The notes beneath the pieces were generated by a model that ran no database searches, had not been told where the DNA came from, and saw only the letters and a program-made list of their open reading frames with translations. The position numbers were made by a program, and so were the translations under genes. Below are positions 51,772 through 62,011 of a DNA stretch of 64,000 nucleotides, one piece after another. Where the stretch lies: NCBI GenBank assembly GCA_965198065.1, contig CBDAON010000004.1:1952001-2016000 (forward strand), read 5' to 3'. Positions within the stretch are counted from its first letter, which is position 1, and the number at the start of each line of letters is the position of its first letter. The stretch comes from Longimicrobiales bacterium. Lineage in GTDB: Bacteria; Gemmatimonadota; Gemmatimonadetes; Longimicrobiales; Gaopeijiaceae.

Positions 51772-52221
51772 TCAGCCTCTCGAAGGTGCCGGGATCGGCG
51801 ACGGGAGGAACGGCAGCCGCCGGACGGGCGTCGGGAGGCGCGGCCGTGAAGGGACAGGCCGCACTATGCCCGGCACGAACCCGGCGGGAAGGGTCGCGGC
51901 CACCCAGATCTTCCGAAGGGTGTCATCCACGGTCTCCCACTGCCGCCGCTGCTGGGCCAGCTGGGCTCGTCCTCTTGCGGTAATGCGGTAGTACTTCCGA
52001 CGGCGACCGCTCTCCGACTTCCCCCATCGCCCCACGATGTGGCCCTGCCGCTCGAGCCGGTGGAGCACCGGATAGAGCATACCGTCCGTCCACTCCATTT
52101 TTCCTCCGGACAGCTCGCTCACCTTCTTGAGGATCGCATACCCGTAACTGTCCCCGTCGCTCAGGATGGCCAGGATGACGGACGTGGCGGAGGCCGCGAC
52201 GAGATCCTTGCTGATGAGCAT
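51772..52221 (-). CDS. PadR family transcriptional regulator
   Basis: SYGYAI, GMLYPVLHRLE, RRKYYRIT.RG. Confidence 0.93.
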   Translation of the reverse strand: MLISKDLVAASATSVILAILSDGDSYGYAILKKVSELSGGKMEWTDGMLYPVLHRLERQGHIVGRWGKSESGRRRKYYRITARGRAQLAQQRRQWETVDDTLRKIWVAATLPAGFVPGIVRPVPSRPRLPTPVRRLPFLPSPIPAPSRG

Positions 52222-52278
52222 GCCTGGCGGGCCTCCCGCGGCTGGCGAGGAGCGGAAGCTTGGTTACCCAGTGGTACT

Positions 52279-52299
52279 ATACATAGTTGTACTATGTAT
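52279..52299. promoter_or_regulatory. Putative PadR operator
   Basis: Perfect AT-rich palindrome ATACATAGT-TGT-ACTATGTAT between padR and the divergent dinB-like gene. Confidence 0.7.
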
Positions 52300-52419
52300 T
52301 GCGAGCCGGAGCGAGTCAGCAGGTTTTTCCATGGGCATGCCCACGATCGACCGGCTCACCGTTGCCGGCCCCGTCGTCTACCGGGATTGGCGGGCTACCG
52401 GGCAGATGGAGGGATCCCG

Positions 52420-52921
52420 ATGAGCACCCTGGAAGAGGCTCTGGAAGCGAACCGGGAGGCCGTTCGCGGCCTGGTGGCTGCCGGGGAGCGTTCCGGAGCC
52501 AGATGGTCTGTCCCACGAGCGGAAGGAAAGTGGTCCCCCGCGCAGGTCACCGAGCATGTGGCGCTCTCTCTCGAGGAGTCCGCCAACCTGGTCGCGGGGC
52601 GGCCGAGCAAATTTCCCAAGCTACCCTTTCCTCCTTCGACCCCTCGCCCGCGGCCTCCTCTTACACCGGGTAATCCGGACCGGTAGGTTCCCGAAGGCCA
52701 GGACCAACAGACCGATGGACCCGGAGCGGGGTCCGGACACGCCAGCGGAAGGTCGGGCCCGGGTCGAAGTGGCGGCCGCCGCGTTCGATCGCGCGTGCAG
52801 CGAGAGCACGGCGGATTGCCTAGAGAGCGATACGTTCGGCGTGATCTCGCTCGTGGATTATGCTCGGTTCCAGGCGGTCCACACCCGCCACCACACGGTT
52901 CAGATCCCGGACCCGAATTAA
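52420..52921 (+). pseudogene. DinB/YfiT-family protein with a frameshift near 52627
   Basis: GKWSPAQVTEHV in one frame, FG.ISLVDYARFQAVHTRHH in another. Confidence 0.75.
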
Positions 52922-52962
52922 GGTCGGCCTCCGCTCACACCCGGATCGGAGGTGCGGGTACG

Positions 52963-53721
52963 TTGGCACGACGGGCCATCAGCAGAGAGGTGAGCGATTC
53001 GCTCCCCCGGTGCGAGCTCACGTTTCTCCGGCGGGAGCCCATCGACGTGGGCCTGGCCCGCCAGCAGCACGCCGCGTACGTGAGAGCCCTGGAGCAGCAC
53101 GGCTGCAGCGTCGCCGTGCTACCCGCCCTGCACGACATGCCGGACGCGGTCTTCGTGGAGGACCCCATTGTCGTGCTCGACGAGTGCGCGGTCGTGGTGA
53201 CGCTCGGGACGGTCAAGCGCCGAGCCGAGATCCCGTCCCTGGCCGCCGAAGTCGAGAAGCATCGGCCCCTTCGCCGGACGGAGCTGCCCGGGCTTTTGGA
53301 CGGTGGGGATGTCCTCCGCATCGGTCGCACCTTGTTCGTGGGTCGCTCCACGCGGACGAACGACGAAGGGATCGAGCAGCTCGGGAAGATCGCCTCTCCG
53401 CTAGGGTACGAGGTACGGGCCGTGGAGCTGGGCGACTGCCTGCACCTCAAGTCGGGGTGCACGTTCGCGGGCGAGCATGTGCTAATTCACGAGCCGTGGG
53501 TGGATCCGAGGCCCTTCGAGGGCTATCCCCTGCTCCGCGTGCCGGCGTCTGAGCCGGGTGGCGCAAACGTGCTGCGGCTCGCAGCCGTGGTGCTCGTATC
53601 GGCGAGCCATCCGAAGACGGAGCAGCTTCTGCGGGGGCAGGGCTACGAGACCGTAGTGGTGGACATCTCCGAGATGGAGAAGGCCGAGGCGGCACTGACC
53701 TGTATGAGCGTGCTCGTTTGA
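52963..53721 (+). CDS. Dimethylarginine dimethylaminohydrolase family protein
   Basis: PDAVFVED, LDGGDV, LHLKS, LTCMS catalytic motifs. TTG start behind GGAGG. Confidence 0.92.
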   Translation: MARRAISREVSDSLPRCELTFLRREPIDVGLARQQHAAYVRALEQHGCSVAVLPALHDMPDAVFVEDPIVVLDECAVVVTLGTVKRRAEIPSLAAEVEKHRPLRRTELPGLLDGGDVLRIGRTLFVGRSTRTNDEGIEQLGKIASPLGYEVRAVELGDCLHLKSGCTFAGEHVLIHEPWVDPRPFEGYPLLRVPASEPGGANVLRLAAVVLVSASHPKTEQLLRGQGYETVVVDISEMEKAEAALTCMSVLV

Positions 53722-53904
53722 GTGATTGCGGTCACCGTCGTCTGTGCCACGCTCGCGGGGGAGTTGGGGGGCAGCCCTCCCGTCGGCCGAAGGCGCTTGC
53801 CGCCCCCCAGAGCGCGCTCTACGATCAGCACACGAGTTCCGCTCCCCCCGGCCCGTTGGAGAGCCCATCGCGGGGGTTCGAGAGCGGTCCGCCCTAAGGA
53901 GCCT

Positions 53905-55534
53905 ATGAGCCCCGTTAAGGTGCTGGTCATCGAGGACGAGCCGGGAACCCGTCGCCTCCTCCAGGAGCTCCTTCGGAGCCGAGGGCACGAGGTGGAGGCG
54001 TGCGCGGATGGGGAGACGGGCTGGAGGGCCTACCAGCGTGAGCGTCACGCGCTCGTGCTCCTGGATCTGCAGCTGCCCGGAATCGACGGGCTCGAGGTGT
54101 GCCGCAGGATCCGGCGTTTGCCGGAGAACGATGAGACGGTGATCCTGTTCGTCACGGGCGTGTCGCGGGCAGAGGCCCTGGAGGAGGCGCTGGAAGCCGG
54201 CGCGAACGACTACGTTCCGAAGCCGGTCGACACGGAGGAGTTCCGGGTTCGCCTTTCCATCGCGGAGCGGCGCCTAAGGGATATGAGGGGGCGCAAGGAG
54301 CGGGAGGCCAACCTCCGGCACGAGTCGTACCGTTTTGCCGTGCTCGTCGTGGACCTGTGGGACTTCGCCGAGATCAATCGCGATCACGGTCGCGCCGTGG
54401 GAGACAGTCTCCTCAAGGGCGTGGCTCAGAGACTCGAAGAAGCGGTGCGGTCCGTAGATTCCGTGAGTCGCGTGACCGCGGATCGCTTCGCGATCTTACT
54501 GGACGGGCTGGCCGACGTGAGCGACCCGTCGCGCATCGCCGTACGCATTCACCAGGGCCTGTCCGCCTCGTTCGAGCTCGCGGACGAAGGGATCCGGACG
54601 AGCGCCTGCATCGGGATCGCGCTCAGCGCTGGGGGGCTACGAGGGCGCCGAAGCGATGCGTCAGGGACGCGCAGGGCGCACTGGACGAGGCGAAGGCGGA
54701 GGGGCCGGGAACGTACCGTATGCACGATCCCGTGATGCACGCGAAGGCCGTAGCGCGGGTCCAACTCGAGACCAGGATCCGGACGGGGCTGGAGCAGGAC
54801 GCGATGGAGCTCCACTATCAGCCCATCGTGCGCCTGGAGACGGGCCGGATCGCCGGATTCGAGACCCTTATCCGCTGGAGGGACAAGGAGCGCGGCTGGA
54901 TCCCTGCCGAGGAGTTCATCCCCATCGCGGAGGGGGGGAACCTCATCCTCCGCATCGGCGCCTGGGTGCTGGACCGGGCCGTCGCCCAGCTGGCGGCGTG
55001 GCGGGAGCTCATGAGCGGCGAGGTCCCGCTCTTCCTCAGCGTCAACGTCTCGGGGCGACAGTTCACCGAGCTCGATCTGTCCGAGCGGATTGCCGACAGG
55101 CTCGACCGGGCCGAGGTCCCACGAAGCGAGCTCCACCTCGAGATCACGGAGACGTCCCTGATGGAGCGGGTGGAGGTGGCGGCGCGGGTCCTCTCGTCTC
55201 TCAAGGAGCGAGGCATCTCGGTCCAGGTAGACGACTTCGGAACGGGTATTCGTCCCTCGCATACCTGTGCCGCTTCCCGATCGACGTCCTGAAGATCGAT
55301 CGATCGTTCGTGAGCCACATGCACCATACGCCAGAGAGTCGCGAGGTCGTGCGCACGATCGTGCGCCTGGCTCACAACCTCGGTATGTCCGTGATCGCCG
55401 AGGGAGTCGAGACGGAAGGTCAGCTGGCCGTGCTCCGGGAGATGGAGTGCGACCTCGCCCAGGGCTACCTGTTCTCGCGACCGGTCTCGGCAGAAAAGAT
55501 ACCGGGTCTCATGGGAGACCCGGTATTGGCCTGA
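53905..55534 (+). pseudogene. REC-GGDEF(degenerate)-EAL protein, disrupted
   Basis: Apparent deletion near 54322 (no DPLTGL.NR) and frameshifts near 54635, 54659 and 55246. EAL motifs ETLIRW, DDFGTG|YSSL, IAEGVE, QGYLF. Confidence 0.85.
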
Positions 55535-55840
55535 TCGGGGCCGGGCCGGCCGTGGTGGGCCGCGGCGGTTGCCCACCCGGGCCGTGGAGCCTCAATCCCG
55601 ATACCAGCCGTGGCGGCTGAACCGGCTGTGCAGGAGGCCGCTTACCTTCGCCGGGCCGGATCCGGCCGGGTCCACGCCGTCGTCCACGTAACAATAGGTA
55701 GTACCCCCCGGTTCGTATTGTGCGCCACTGGCCCGCGCGCGTATGCGTAAGCTGTACGGCTGCCCGCGCGTGATTAGGTCTGACGGAAGCGGTGGGGCGT
55801 CCGATTCCGGTCATCCGGGGTCGGAGAGCCCGAGGGGCAG

Positions 55841-56629
55841 ATGAGCGATTCGCTGAGGCTCGACATCGTCAGGGGCCTCCTCCTGGACCTGGATGGAACG
55901 GTCTACCAGGACCGCCGCGCCGTACCTGGCGCGGTGGAGGCGCTGGAGGTACTGAGAGAGCGTGGGATTCCGCACCGATTCGTCACGAACACCACGCGCC
56001 TGTCCCGGGACGGGCTCGTGGACCTGCTCGGGAGCCTTGGGATCCCGGCGGAACGGCACGAGATCTTCACCGCACCGCTCGCGGCGCTCCGGTGGCTCCG
56101 AAGTCGGGAGGTGAGGCGCGTAGCCCTTCTCGTTCCCGAGGAGGGCCGACGTGAGTTCGCTGATCTGGAGGTCGACGACACGGATCCCGAGGCGGTCGTC
56201 GTGGGCGACCTGGGTGATGGGTGGACGTTCGAGGTCATGAACCGTGCGCTCTCGTCGCTGCTTGGAGGCGCGCGCCTCGTCGCCCTCCAGAGGAACCGCT
56301 ACTGGCGCCGGGGGGACGAGCTCGTGCTCGACGCCGGACCCTTCGTTCAGGCGCTCGAGTTTGCCGCGGGCGTCGAAGCCGTGGTCGTGGGGAAGCCGGA
56401 GCCCGGATTCTTCCAGGCCGCGTCGGCGTCCATGGGCCTGGAGCCGGGCGAGGTGGCGGTGGTGGGGGATGACATCGAGGCCGACGTCGGGGGGGCCCAG
56501 GGCGCGGGCGCTCTCGGGATCCTAGTGCGCACGGGAAAGCACCGGTCCGATGACCAGGCGCGCTCCGGAATCGAGCCGGATCTCGTCATCGACTCGGTGG
56601 CCGACCTGCCGCGGCTGCTCTCGACGTGA
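55841..56629 (+). CDS. HAD-IIA hydrolase (LHPP-like)
   Basis: DLDGT, VTNTT, GKP, VGDDIEADVGGA, VRTGK. Confidence 0.92.
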   Translation: MSDSLRLDIVRGLLLDLDGTVYQDRRAVPGAVEALEVLRERGIPHRFVTNTTRLSRDGLVDLLGSLGIPAERHEIFTAPLAALRWLRSREVRRVALLVPEEGRREFADLEVDDTDPEAVVVGDLGDGWTFEVMNRALSSLLGGARLVALQRNRYWRRGDELVLDAGPFVQALEFAAGVEAVVVGKPEPGFFQAASASMGLEPGEVAVVGDDIEADVGGAQGAGALGILVRTGKHRSDDQARSGIEPDLVIDSVADLPRLLST

Positions 56630-58255
56630 TCAGCCCATGTGGGGATACCGCCAGTCCGTCGGCGGAACGAACGTCTCCTTGATCGTGCGCGGGCTGAGCC
56701 AGCGGATGAGGTTCAGGAGCGAGCCGGCCTTGTCGTTTGTTCCCGAGCGACGGGCGCCACCGAAGGGCTGCTGACCGACGACCGCGCCGGTCGGCTTGTC
56801 ATTCACGTAGAAGTTGCCCGCGGCGTGGCGGAGCCGCTTCGTGGCGTCCTGGACTGCGGCACCGTCCTGGGAGAACACGGATCCGGTGAGCGCGAAGGGA
56901 CTGGTCTGGTCGAGGAGCTCCAACGTCTCGCTCCACCGCGAATCGGGGTAGACGTAGACCGTGAGGATCGGGCCGAAGAGCTCGCGCGTCATCGTATCGT
57001 ACGTCGGGTTCTCGGTGCGGAGCACAGTGGGCTCGACGAACCACCCGATCTCGTTGTCGGCCCCCCCCCCCAAGACGACCTCGAGCCCGTCGGCGCGGGC
57101 CTTCTCGATGGCTCCCTTGTGCTTCTTGAACGCCTTCTCGTCGATCACGGCGCCCATGAACATGGAGAGATCCTCGCCCACGTCTCCCATGCGGATCTCG
57201 TTCACCATGGCCACGATCCCGTCCCGGACCTCGGGCCAGAGGGACTGCGGAACGTAGGCGCGGGACGCGGCCGAGCACTTCTGTCCCTGGTACTCGAAGG
57301 CGCCCCTTCCGAGGGCGACCACGAGCGGTGCCAGGGACGCGGAGGGGTGTGCGAGCACGAAGTCCTTCCCGCCGCTCTCCCCGACGATTCGTGGGAAGGC
57401 TCGGTACCACTGGAGGTTCTCGGCCGTGGTCTGCCACAAACTCGCGAGCGCGGCCTCGGATCCCGTGAAGTGGAGCCCCGCGAACGACTCATGGGCGAGC
57501 GCGACCTCCGCGATGTTGGGACCGCTTCCGTGGAGGAGGTTCACGACACCGGCGGGAAGGCCGGCTGTCCGTAGCGCTTCCATCGTGTAGTGCGCCGAGA
57601 GCGCCTGCTTGTCGGACGGCTTCCAGAGGACGACGTTCCCGAGCATCGCAGGCGCGGTGGGGAGGTTTCCGCCGATTGCCGTGAAGTTGAACGGCGTGAT
57701 TGCGAGGACGAATCCCTCGAGCGGCCGGTAGTCGAGTTGGTTCCAGGTGCCGGGTGTCGAGATGGGCTGCTCGGCGTAAATCCTCTCGGCGAAGTGGATG
57801 TTGAAGCGGAGGAAGTCCACCAGCTCGCAGACGGCGTCGATCTCGGACTGGTAGACGGACTTGGACTGTCCGAGGATCGTGGCGGCATTGATCGTGTCGC
57901 GCATAGGGCCGGCCAGGAGGTCGGCTGCGCGGAGGAAGACGGCCGCACGGTCCTCCCAGGGGGTCTCGGACCAGTCCCGCGCGGCCCGCAGCGCCCGCTC
58001 GATCGCCCGCTCCACTTCCTTCGGTCCGGCCGCCTGCACCGTCGCGAGCTCCAGGTCGTGGCGATGGGGCGCACGCTGCACGAACGTCGTCTCGCCTTTC
58101 TCCTCGGCTCCGCCGATAACGAGCGGAAGCTCCGCCTCCTGCCGGCTCATCTCCCGGATGCGAGCTTCGAGCGAGGCTCGCTCCGTCGAGCCCGGGCGAT
58201 ACTCTCTCGGCGGCTCGTTCCGGGGCGGGGGAACCGGAATCTGGCCCTGCCTCAT
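56630..58255 (-). CDS. pruA: L-glutamate gamma-semialdehyde (P5C) dehydrogenase
   Basis: ITPFNF, HFTGS, ESGGK, YQGQKCSA, NDKPTGAVVGQQPFGG. Confidence 0.95.
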   Translation of the reverse strand: MRQGQIPVPPPRNEPPREYRPGSTERASLEARIREMSRQEAELPLVIGGAEEKGETTFVQRAPHRHDLELATVQAAGPKEVERAIERALRAARDWSETPWEDRAAVFLRAADLLAGPMRDTINAATILGQSKSVYQSEIDAVCELVDFLRFNIHFAERIYAEQPISTPGTWNQLDYRPLEGFVLAITPFNFTAIGGNLPTAPAMLGNVVLWKPSDKQALSAHYTMEALRTAGLPAGVVNLLHGSGPNIAEVALAHESFAGLHFTGSEAALASLWQTTAENLQWYRAFPRIVGESGGKDFVLAHPSASLAPLVVALGRGAFEYQGQKCSAASRAYVPQSLWPEVRDGIVAMVNEIRMGDVGEDLSMFMGAVIDEKAFKKHKGAIEKARADGLEVVLGGGADNEIGWFVEPTVLRTENPTYDTMTRELFGPILTVYVYPDSRWSETLELLDQTSPFALTGSVFSQDGAAVQDATKRLRHAAGNFYVNDKPTGAVVGQQPFGGARRSGTNDKAGSLLNLIRWLSPRTIKETFVPPTDWRYPHMG

Positions 58256-59265
58256 CGTCCTCCTCCTCGGGCACGTGGTGCCAGGATGCTTGCTCCCCGC
58301 GCGTCCGCCACGCGGATGAAGTCCAGCACGGTCTCCACGGCGGCCAGGTAGAACTCCGGCGTGATCCGAGCGACGGTGTCCGTCGGTCTGTGATAGTCGG
58401 GGTGGTCCTCCACGCCGAAGTAGAGGAACGGGATCCCCGCGTCGTGGAAAGGACCGTGATCGGAAGCCGACGTCCAGTCGTCCCCGGGCGGAAGGCTCGG
58501 CCGGTCGTGCCCGGTGAGGACCGTGACGCCGCTACGACCCGCCACCAGTTCTCCGAGGAAGGGGTAGTGATAGGTCCCTGCGGCGTAGAGCTCGCCCGCG
58601 TCGCTCCTGCTGATCATGTCCAGGTTCACGTTCAGGACGACGGAATCGAGAGGGACGGCGGGATTCGACACGAATGCCCGCGCGCCGAGTAGGCCCATCT
58701 CCTCGGCGTCGAACGCAACGAAGAGGAGCGAGTGGTCGGTCGGGTCGCCCGAGAAGTGGGAGGCGAGGGCCAGGAGCGCGGCCGTCCCGGAAGCGTTATC
58801 GTCCGCCCCGTTGTAGATCTGGTTCCCTCGCATTCCGAGGTGATCGTAGTGGGCCGATACGACGATGAAGCGGCCGGAGAAGGCGCGGCCCGGGACGACA
58901 CCCAGGATGTTCGCTCCGCGGCTCCCGGGTTCGCCCGAGCCGCCGCTAGGCTCGAACTCCTGAAGCCTCCGCCCGTCGATCGCCTGGAGCCCACTCTCTT
59001 CGAACGCTTCCAGGAGGAAGTGGCGGGCCCGCTCGATCCCCGGGGTCCCCGTCCGCCGGCCCTCCATGGAGTCGTGTGCCAGGATCGAGAGGTCCATGAG
59101 CAGCCGAGATCGTTCCTCCACGCTCAGCGTGTCGGCGGCGACCGGGCGCTCCAGGGCCAGCGCGGCGCCCGGCACCAGATCCGGTGCGAAGGGGGCCAAC
59201 GTCCCGACGGTGACGCCGAGCAGGATCCCGAGCACGGCAGGGCGGAGGGCGGGGGCTCGCATCAT
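58252..59265 (-). CDS. M28 family metallopeptidase
   Basis: SAHYDHLG, NGADDNASG, AEEMGLLG, NLDM, SDH, YHRPTD. Confidence 0.92.
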   Translation of the reverse strand: MMRAPALRPAVLGILLGVTVGTLAPFAPDLVPGAALALERPVAADTLSVEERSRLLMDLSILAHDSMEGRRTGTPGIERARHFLLEAFEESGLQAIDGRRLQEFEPSGGSGEPGSRGANILGVVPGRAFSGRFIVVSAHYDHLGMRGNQIYNGADDNASGTAALLALASHFSGDPTDHSLLFVAFDAEEMGLLGARAFVSNPAVPLDSVVLNVNLDMISRSDAGELYAAGTYHYPFLGELVAGRSGVTVLTGHDRPSLPPGDDWTSASDHGPFHDAGIPFLYFGVEDHPDYHRPTDTVARITPEFYLAAVETVLDFIRVADARGASILAPRARGGGR

Positions 59266-59346
59266 GGGATCCTGCACCTACACTTGACGGTACCGAGTGG
59301 TTCTGGGGGCATCGACGCGCTTCGGGACGGCCGAGGGAGGCGGATC

Positions 59347-60828
59347 GTGAGACGACTCGAGCGGACGGTGGTAATCGGCGCCCTCGTGCTGGCCGGTCTC
59401 GTGGCCTGGCTGCCCTTTTCGGTCCAGGGGCAGATCACCCGAGCAGAGCACGCGGAACGCAGGCGCGCATTGGCCGAGCGGACCGGAGACGGCCTCCTCC
59501 TCGCCGTGGGAAGCGCGGCTCCCCCCGAGGATTACATCGCCTTCTATCAGAACTCTCCGCTTCGCTACCTGACCGGATTCACCGAGCCGAACGCGACCCT
59601 CGTCATGCTGGTGCGCGGGGGGCAGGTCCAGCGAGAGATCCTGTTCGTGAACCCGCGGGCGCCGGCGGACGAGACGTGGGAGGGGTACCGGGTCGGTGCG
59701 GCCGGGGCCCGAGCGGCTACGGGAGTCCAGGGCCGGAGCGTCGAGGATCTTCCGGCCGTCCTCGATTCCCTGGTGTCCTCGGGGTGGTCCGAGGTCGGCG
59801 TTGCGACCGCCTACGATCCCTCGGGCGAGCTCCTGGATGACGTCTCGCAGCGGACCCGGGGCCTGGTCGAGGGAAGGGCGGGGATCGCCTTGCGGTCCGT
59901 GGCTAGCCAGGTCGACCAACTCCGGTACGTCAAGTCCCCAGCCGAGCTGGATCTGATCCGGAAGGCGGCGGACATCACGGTCCAGGCCCAGCGCGAGATC
60001 ATGGGCGCGGCGGCGCCCGGGATGAACGAATTCGAGCTCCAGGCGCTCCTCGAGTACACGTTCCGCCGGTACGGCTCCGAGCGTCCGGCCTTCTCGTCCA
60101 TCGTGGGATCTGGCCCGAACTCGACCGTCCTCCATTACAACGCGAACGACCGCTTCATGGAAGACGGTGACGTCGTCGTGGTGGACATCGGGGCGAGCTA
60201 CGGCGGATATGCCGCGGACGTAACGAGGACCCTCCCCGCGAATGGGCGGTTCAGTGAGCCGCAGCGGGAGATTTACCAGGTCGTCCGGGATGCCCAGGCC
60301 GCCGCGGAAGGGGTCGGACGGCCCGGGCTCAGAGTCCAGGAGATGTCGGCGGTCGCCGCGAGGGTGATCGCCGAGGGCCTCGCCCGCCTTGGGCTGATCG
60401 AGTCGCCGGGGGCCACGTTCGTGGACGAGATGGGGCGCGAGCTCCCGCAGTACTTCCTCTACTACATGCACGCGCTCGGGCACGGGATCGGGCTCGACGT
60501 CCACGACCCCTATCCGTCGGTTTTCGAGCCGGGGATCCCGTTCACGATCGAGCCCGGAATCTACGTGCGACCTAATCTCCTCACCGAGGTCATCCCCGAC
60601 ATCCTGGGGAATCGATCCCTCCGTGAGACCGTGGCCCGGGTGTTCCCAGGGTACGTGAACATCGGGGTCCGAATCGAGGACGACTACGTGGTGACGTCGT
60701 CGGGGGTCGAGTGGATCTCTCGCGCTCCGCGCGAGCTGGACGAGATCGAAGCCCTGATGGCGGAGCCGTGGACCGGCCCGGGGAGCCGGGACGCGGGCCG
60801 GGTGGAGTGGTACCGGGCGTTGCCGTGA
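59347..60828 (+). CDS. Xaa-Pro aminopeptidase (M24B) with N-terminal signal
   Basis: YLTG, LHY, VDIG, ADVTRT, HALGHGIGLDVHD, TIEPGIY, GVRIEDD. Confidence 0.92.
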   Translation: MRRLERTVVIGALVLAGLVAWLPFSVQGQITRAEHAERRRALAERTGDGLLLAVGSAAPPEDYIAFYQNSPLRYLTGFTEPNATLVMLVRGGQVQREILFVNPRAPADETWEGYRVGAAGARAATGVQGRSVEDLPAVLDSLVSSGWSEVGVATAYDPSGELLDDVSQRTRGLVEGRAGIALRSVASQVDQLRYVKSPAELDLIRKAADITVQAQREIMGAAAPGMNEFELQALLEYTFRRYGSERPAFSSIVGSGPNSTVLHYNANDRFMEDGDVVVVDIGASYGGYAADVTRTLPANGRFSEPQREIYQVVRDAQAAAEGVGRPGLRVQEMSAVAARVIAEGLARLGLIESPGATFVDEMGRELPQYFLYYMHALGHGIGLDVHDPYPSVFEPGIPFTIEPGIYVRPNLLTEVIPDILGNRSLRETVARVFPGYVNIGVRIEDDYVVTSSGVEWISRAPRELDEIEALMAEPWTGPGSRDAGRVEWYRALP

Positions 60829-61949
60829 CACCCGCCGTCCGCCGCAATCTGCTCGGGGCTGCCCTGGGGTTGGCGGGGTGGATCACTTACCTCCTTCTCT
60901 CCTCGCGCCCGTCCCTCGCCGAAGCGATCGCGGGCTCTGGCCCCATCCCGTGGGGCCGGCGCCAGCTCTCCCTGGCCACGTCGCTCGTTCCACTCTCGCT
61001 GGCCGAGGTCGTCGTCCTTGGGGTAATCGCCCGTCAGGCGATCGGCTCCTTCCGCGGAGTCCGTGCGATCCGAGGCGGGGAGGCCGGCGTCCTCGCGGTC
61101 CTCGCACGCGGAACTCTGCATCTCGCCGGGGACGTAGGGATCCTCGTGTTCCTATTTTACCTGCTCTGGGGCTTCCAGTACGCCCGGCCGGACCTGGAGG
61201 CCCGTCTGGGAATCGAGGCCGGCGGAGAGGTGAGCGCCGACGAGCTTGGACGGCTGACCGCTCGCTCGATTGAGATCACAAACGAGCTCTACCGGGAGAT
61301 TCACGGCTCCGACGACGCGGGGGAGCCGACGCCGACGCCAGCCATTGGCCCGTCGGTGTCCGCCCTGGAGGAGGGATGGGCGCAAGTCGGGGCGCTGTAC
61401 GATCTCCCCACGGCAGTGAACCGGAGCTTCGGTTCGCCCAAGACCTTCGTATCGAGCCCGCTTGTCAAGCGACTCGGACTCGCAGGCATGCACTTCCCCT
61501 ACACGGGGGAGGCGCTGGTCCTCTCGGACCTGCCGGGCGTGCTCCTCGGAAAGGACCTGGGGCACGAGATGGCCCATCAGCGCGGTTTCGCGTCGGAGTC
61601 GGACGCGAACGTCCTGGGCTTCCTCGTGGCGAAGGAGTCGCCCGATGCGATCCTCCGCTACTCCGCCTACAGCTTCCTGCAGCGCCAGCTCGTGAGCGCG
61701 CTCCAGCGCGTCTCCTCCTCTGGAGCGAGCGACGCCGTGGCCGCCCGCATCCCGGGGGTGGACCGCGATCTCCGGGCCCTGAGCCGCTACTGGGAGCCCG
61801 CCCGTACCCCGGTCGCGGCCGTCGCCAGCCGAGTGAACGACGCGATGCTCCGCTCCCACGGAATCGAGGAAGGGGTGGCGAGCTATGCGGGGAGCACGTG
61901 GGTCTTCATCGCGCTGGCCCGAGCGCGGGGTGAGGACACCCTGTTCTGA
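60825..61949 (+). CDS. DUF3810 family membrane zincin-like protein
   Basis: LWGFQYAR, GMHFPYTGEA, HEMAHQRGFASE..AN. Confidence 0.85.
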   Translation: MTPAVRRNLLGAALGLAGWITYLLLSSRPSLAEAIAGSGPIPWGRRQLSLATSLVPLSLAEVVVLGVIARQAIGSFRGVRAIRGGEAGVLAVLARGTLHLAGDVGILVFLFYLLWGFQYARPDLEARLGIEAGGEVSADELGRLTARSIEITNELYREIHGSDDAGEPTPTPAIGPSVSALEEGWAQVGALYDLPTAVNRSFGSPKTFVSSPLVKRLGLAGMHFPYTGEALVLSDLPGVLLGKDLGHEMAHQRGFASESDANVLGFLVAKESPDAILRYSAYSFLQRQLVSALQRVSSSGASDAVAARIPGVDRDLRALSRYWEPARTPVAAVASRVNDAMLRSHGIEEGVASYAGSTWVFIALARARGEDTLF

Positions 61950-62011
61950 GGTGCCTCGGATGCGCTCGGCGCCCCGTCCACCGGCGGCGGCCAGCGGCCC
62001 GACGGGGCCAA

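Noticed and set aside
55535..55840. 300-bp intergenic region as a possible ncRNA
   Set aside because: Only short GC hairpins, with no recognisable motif or long-range pairing.
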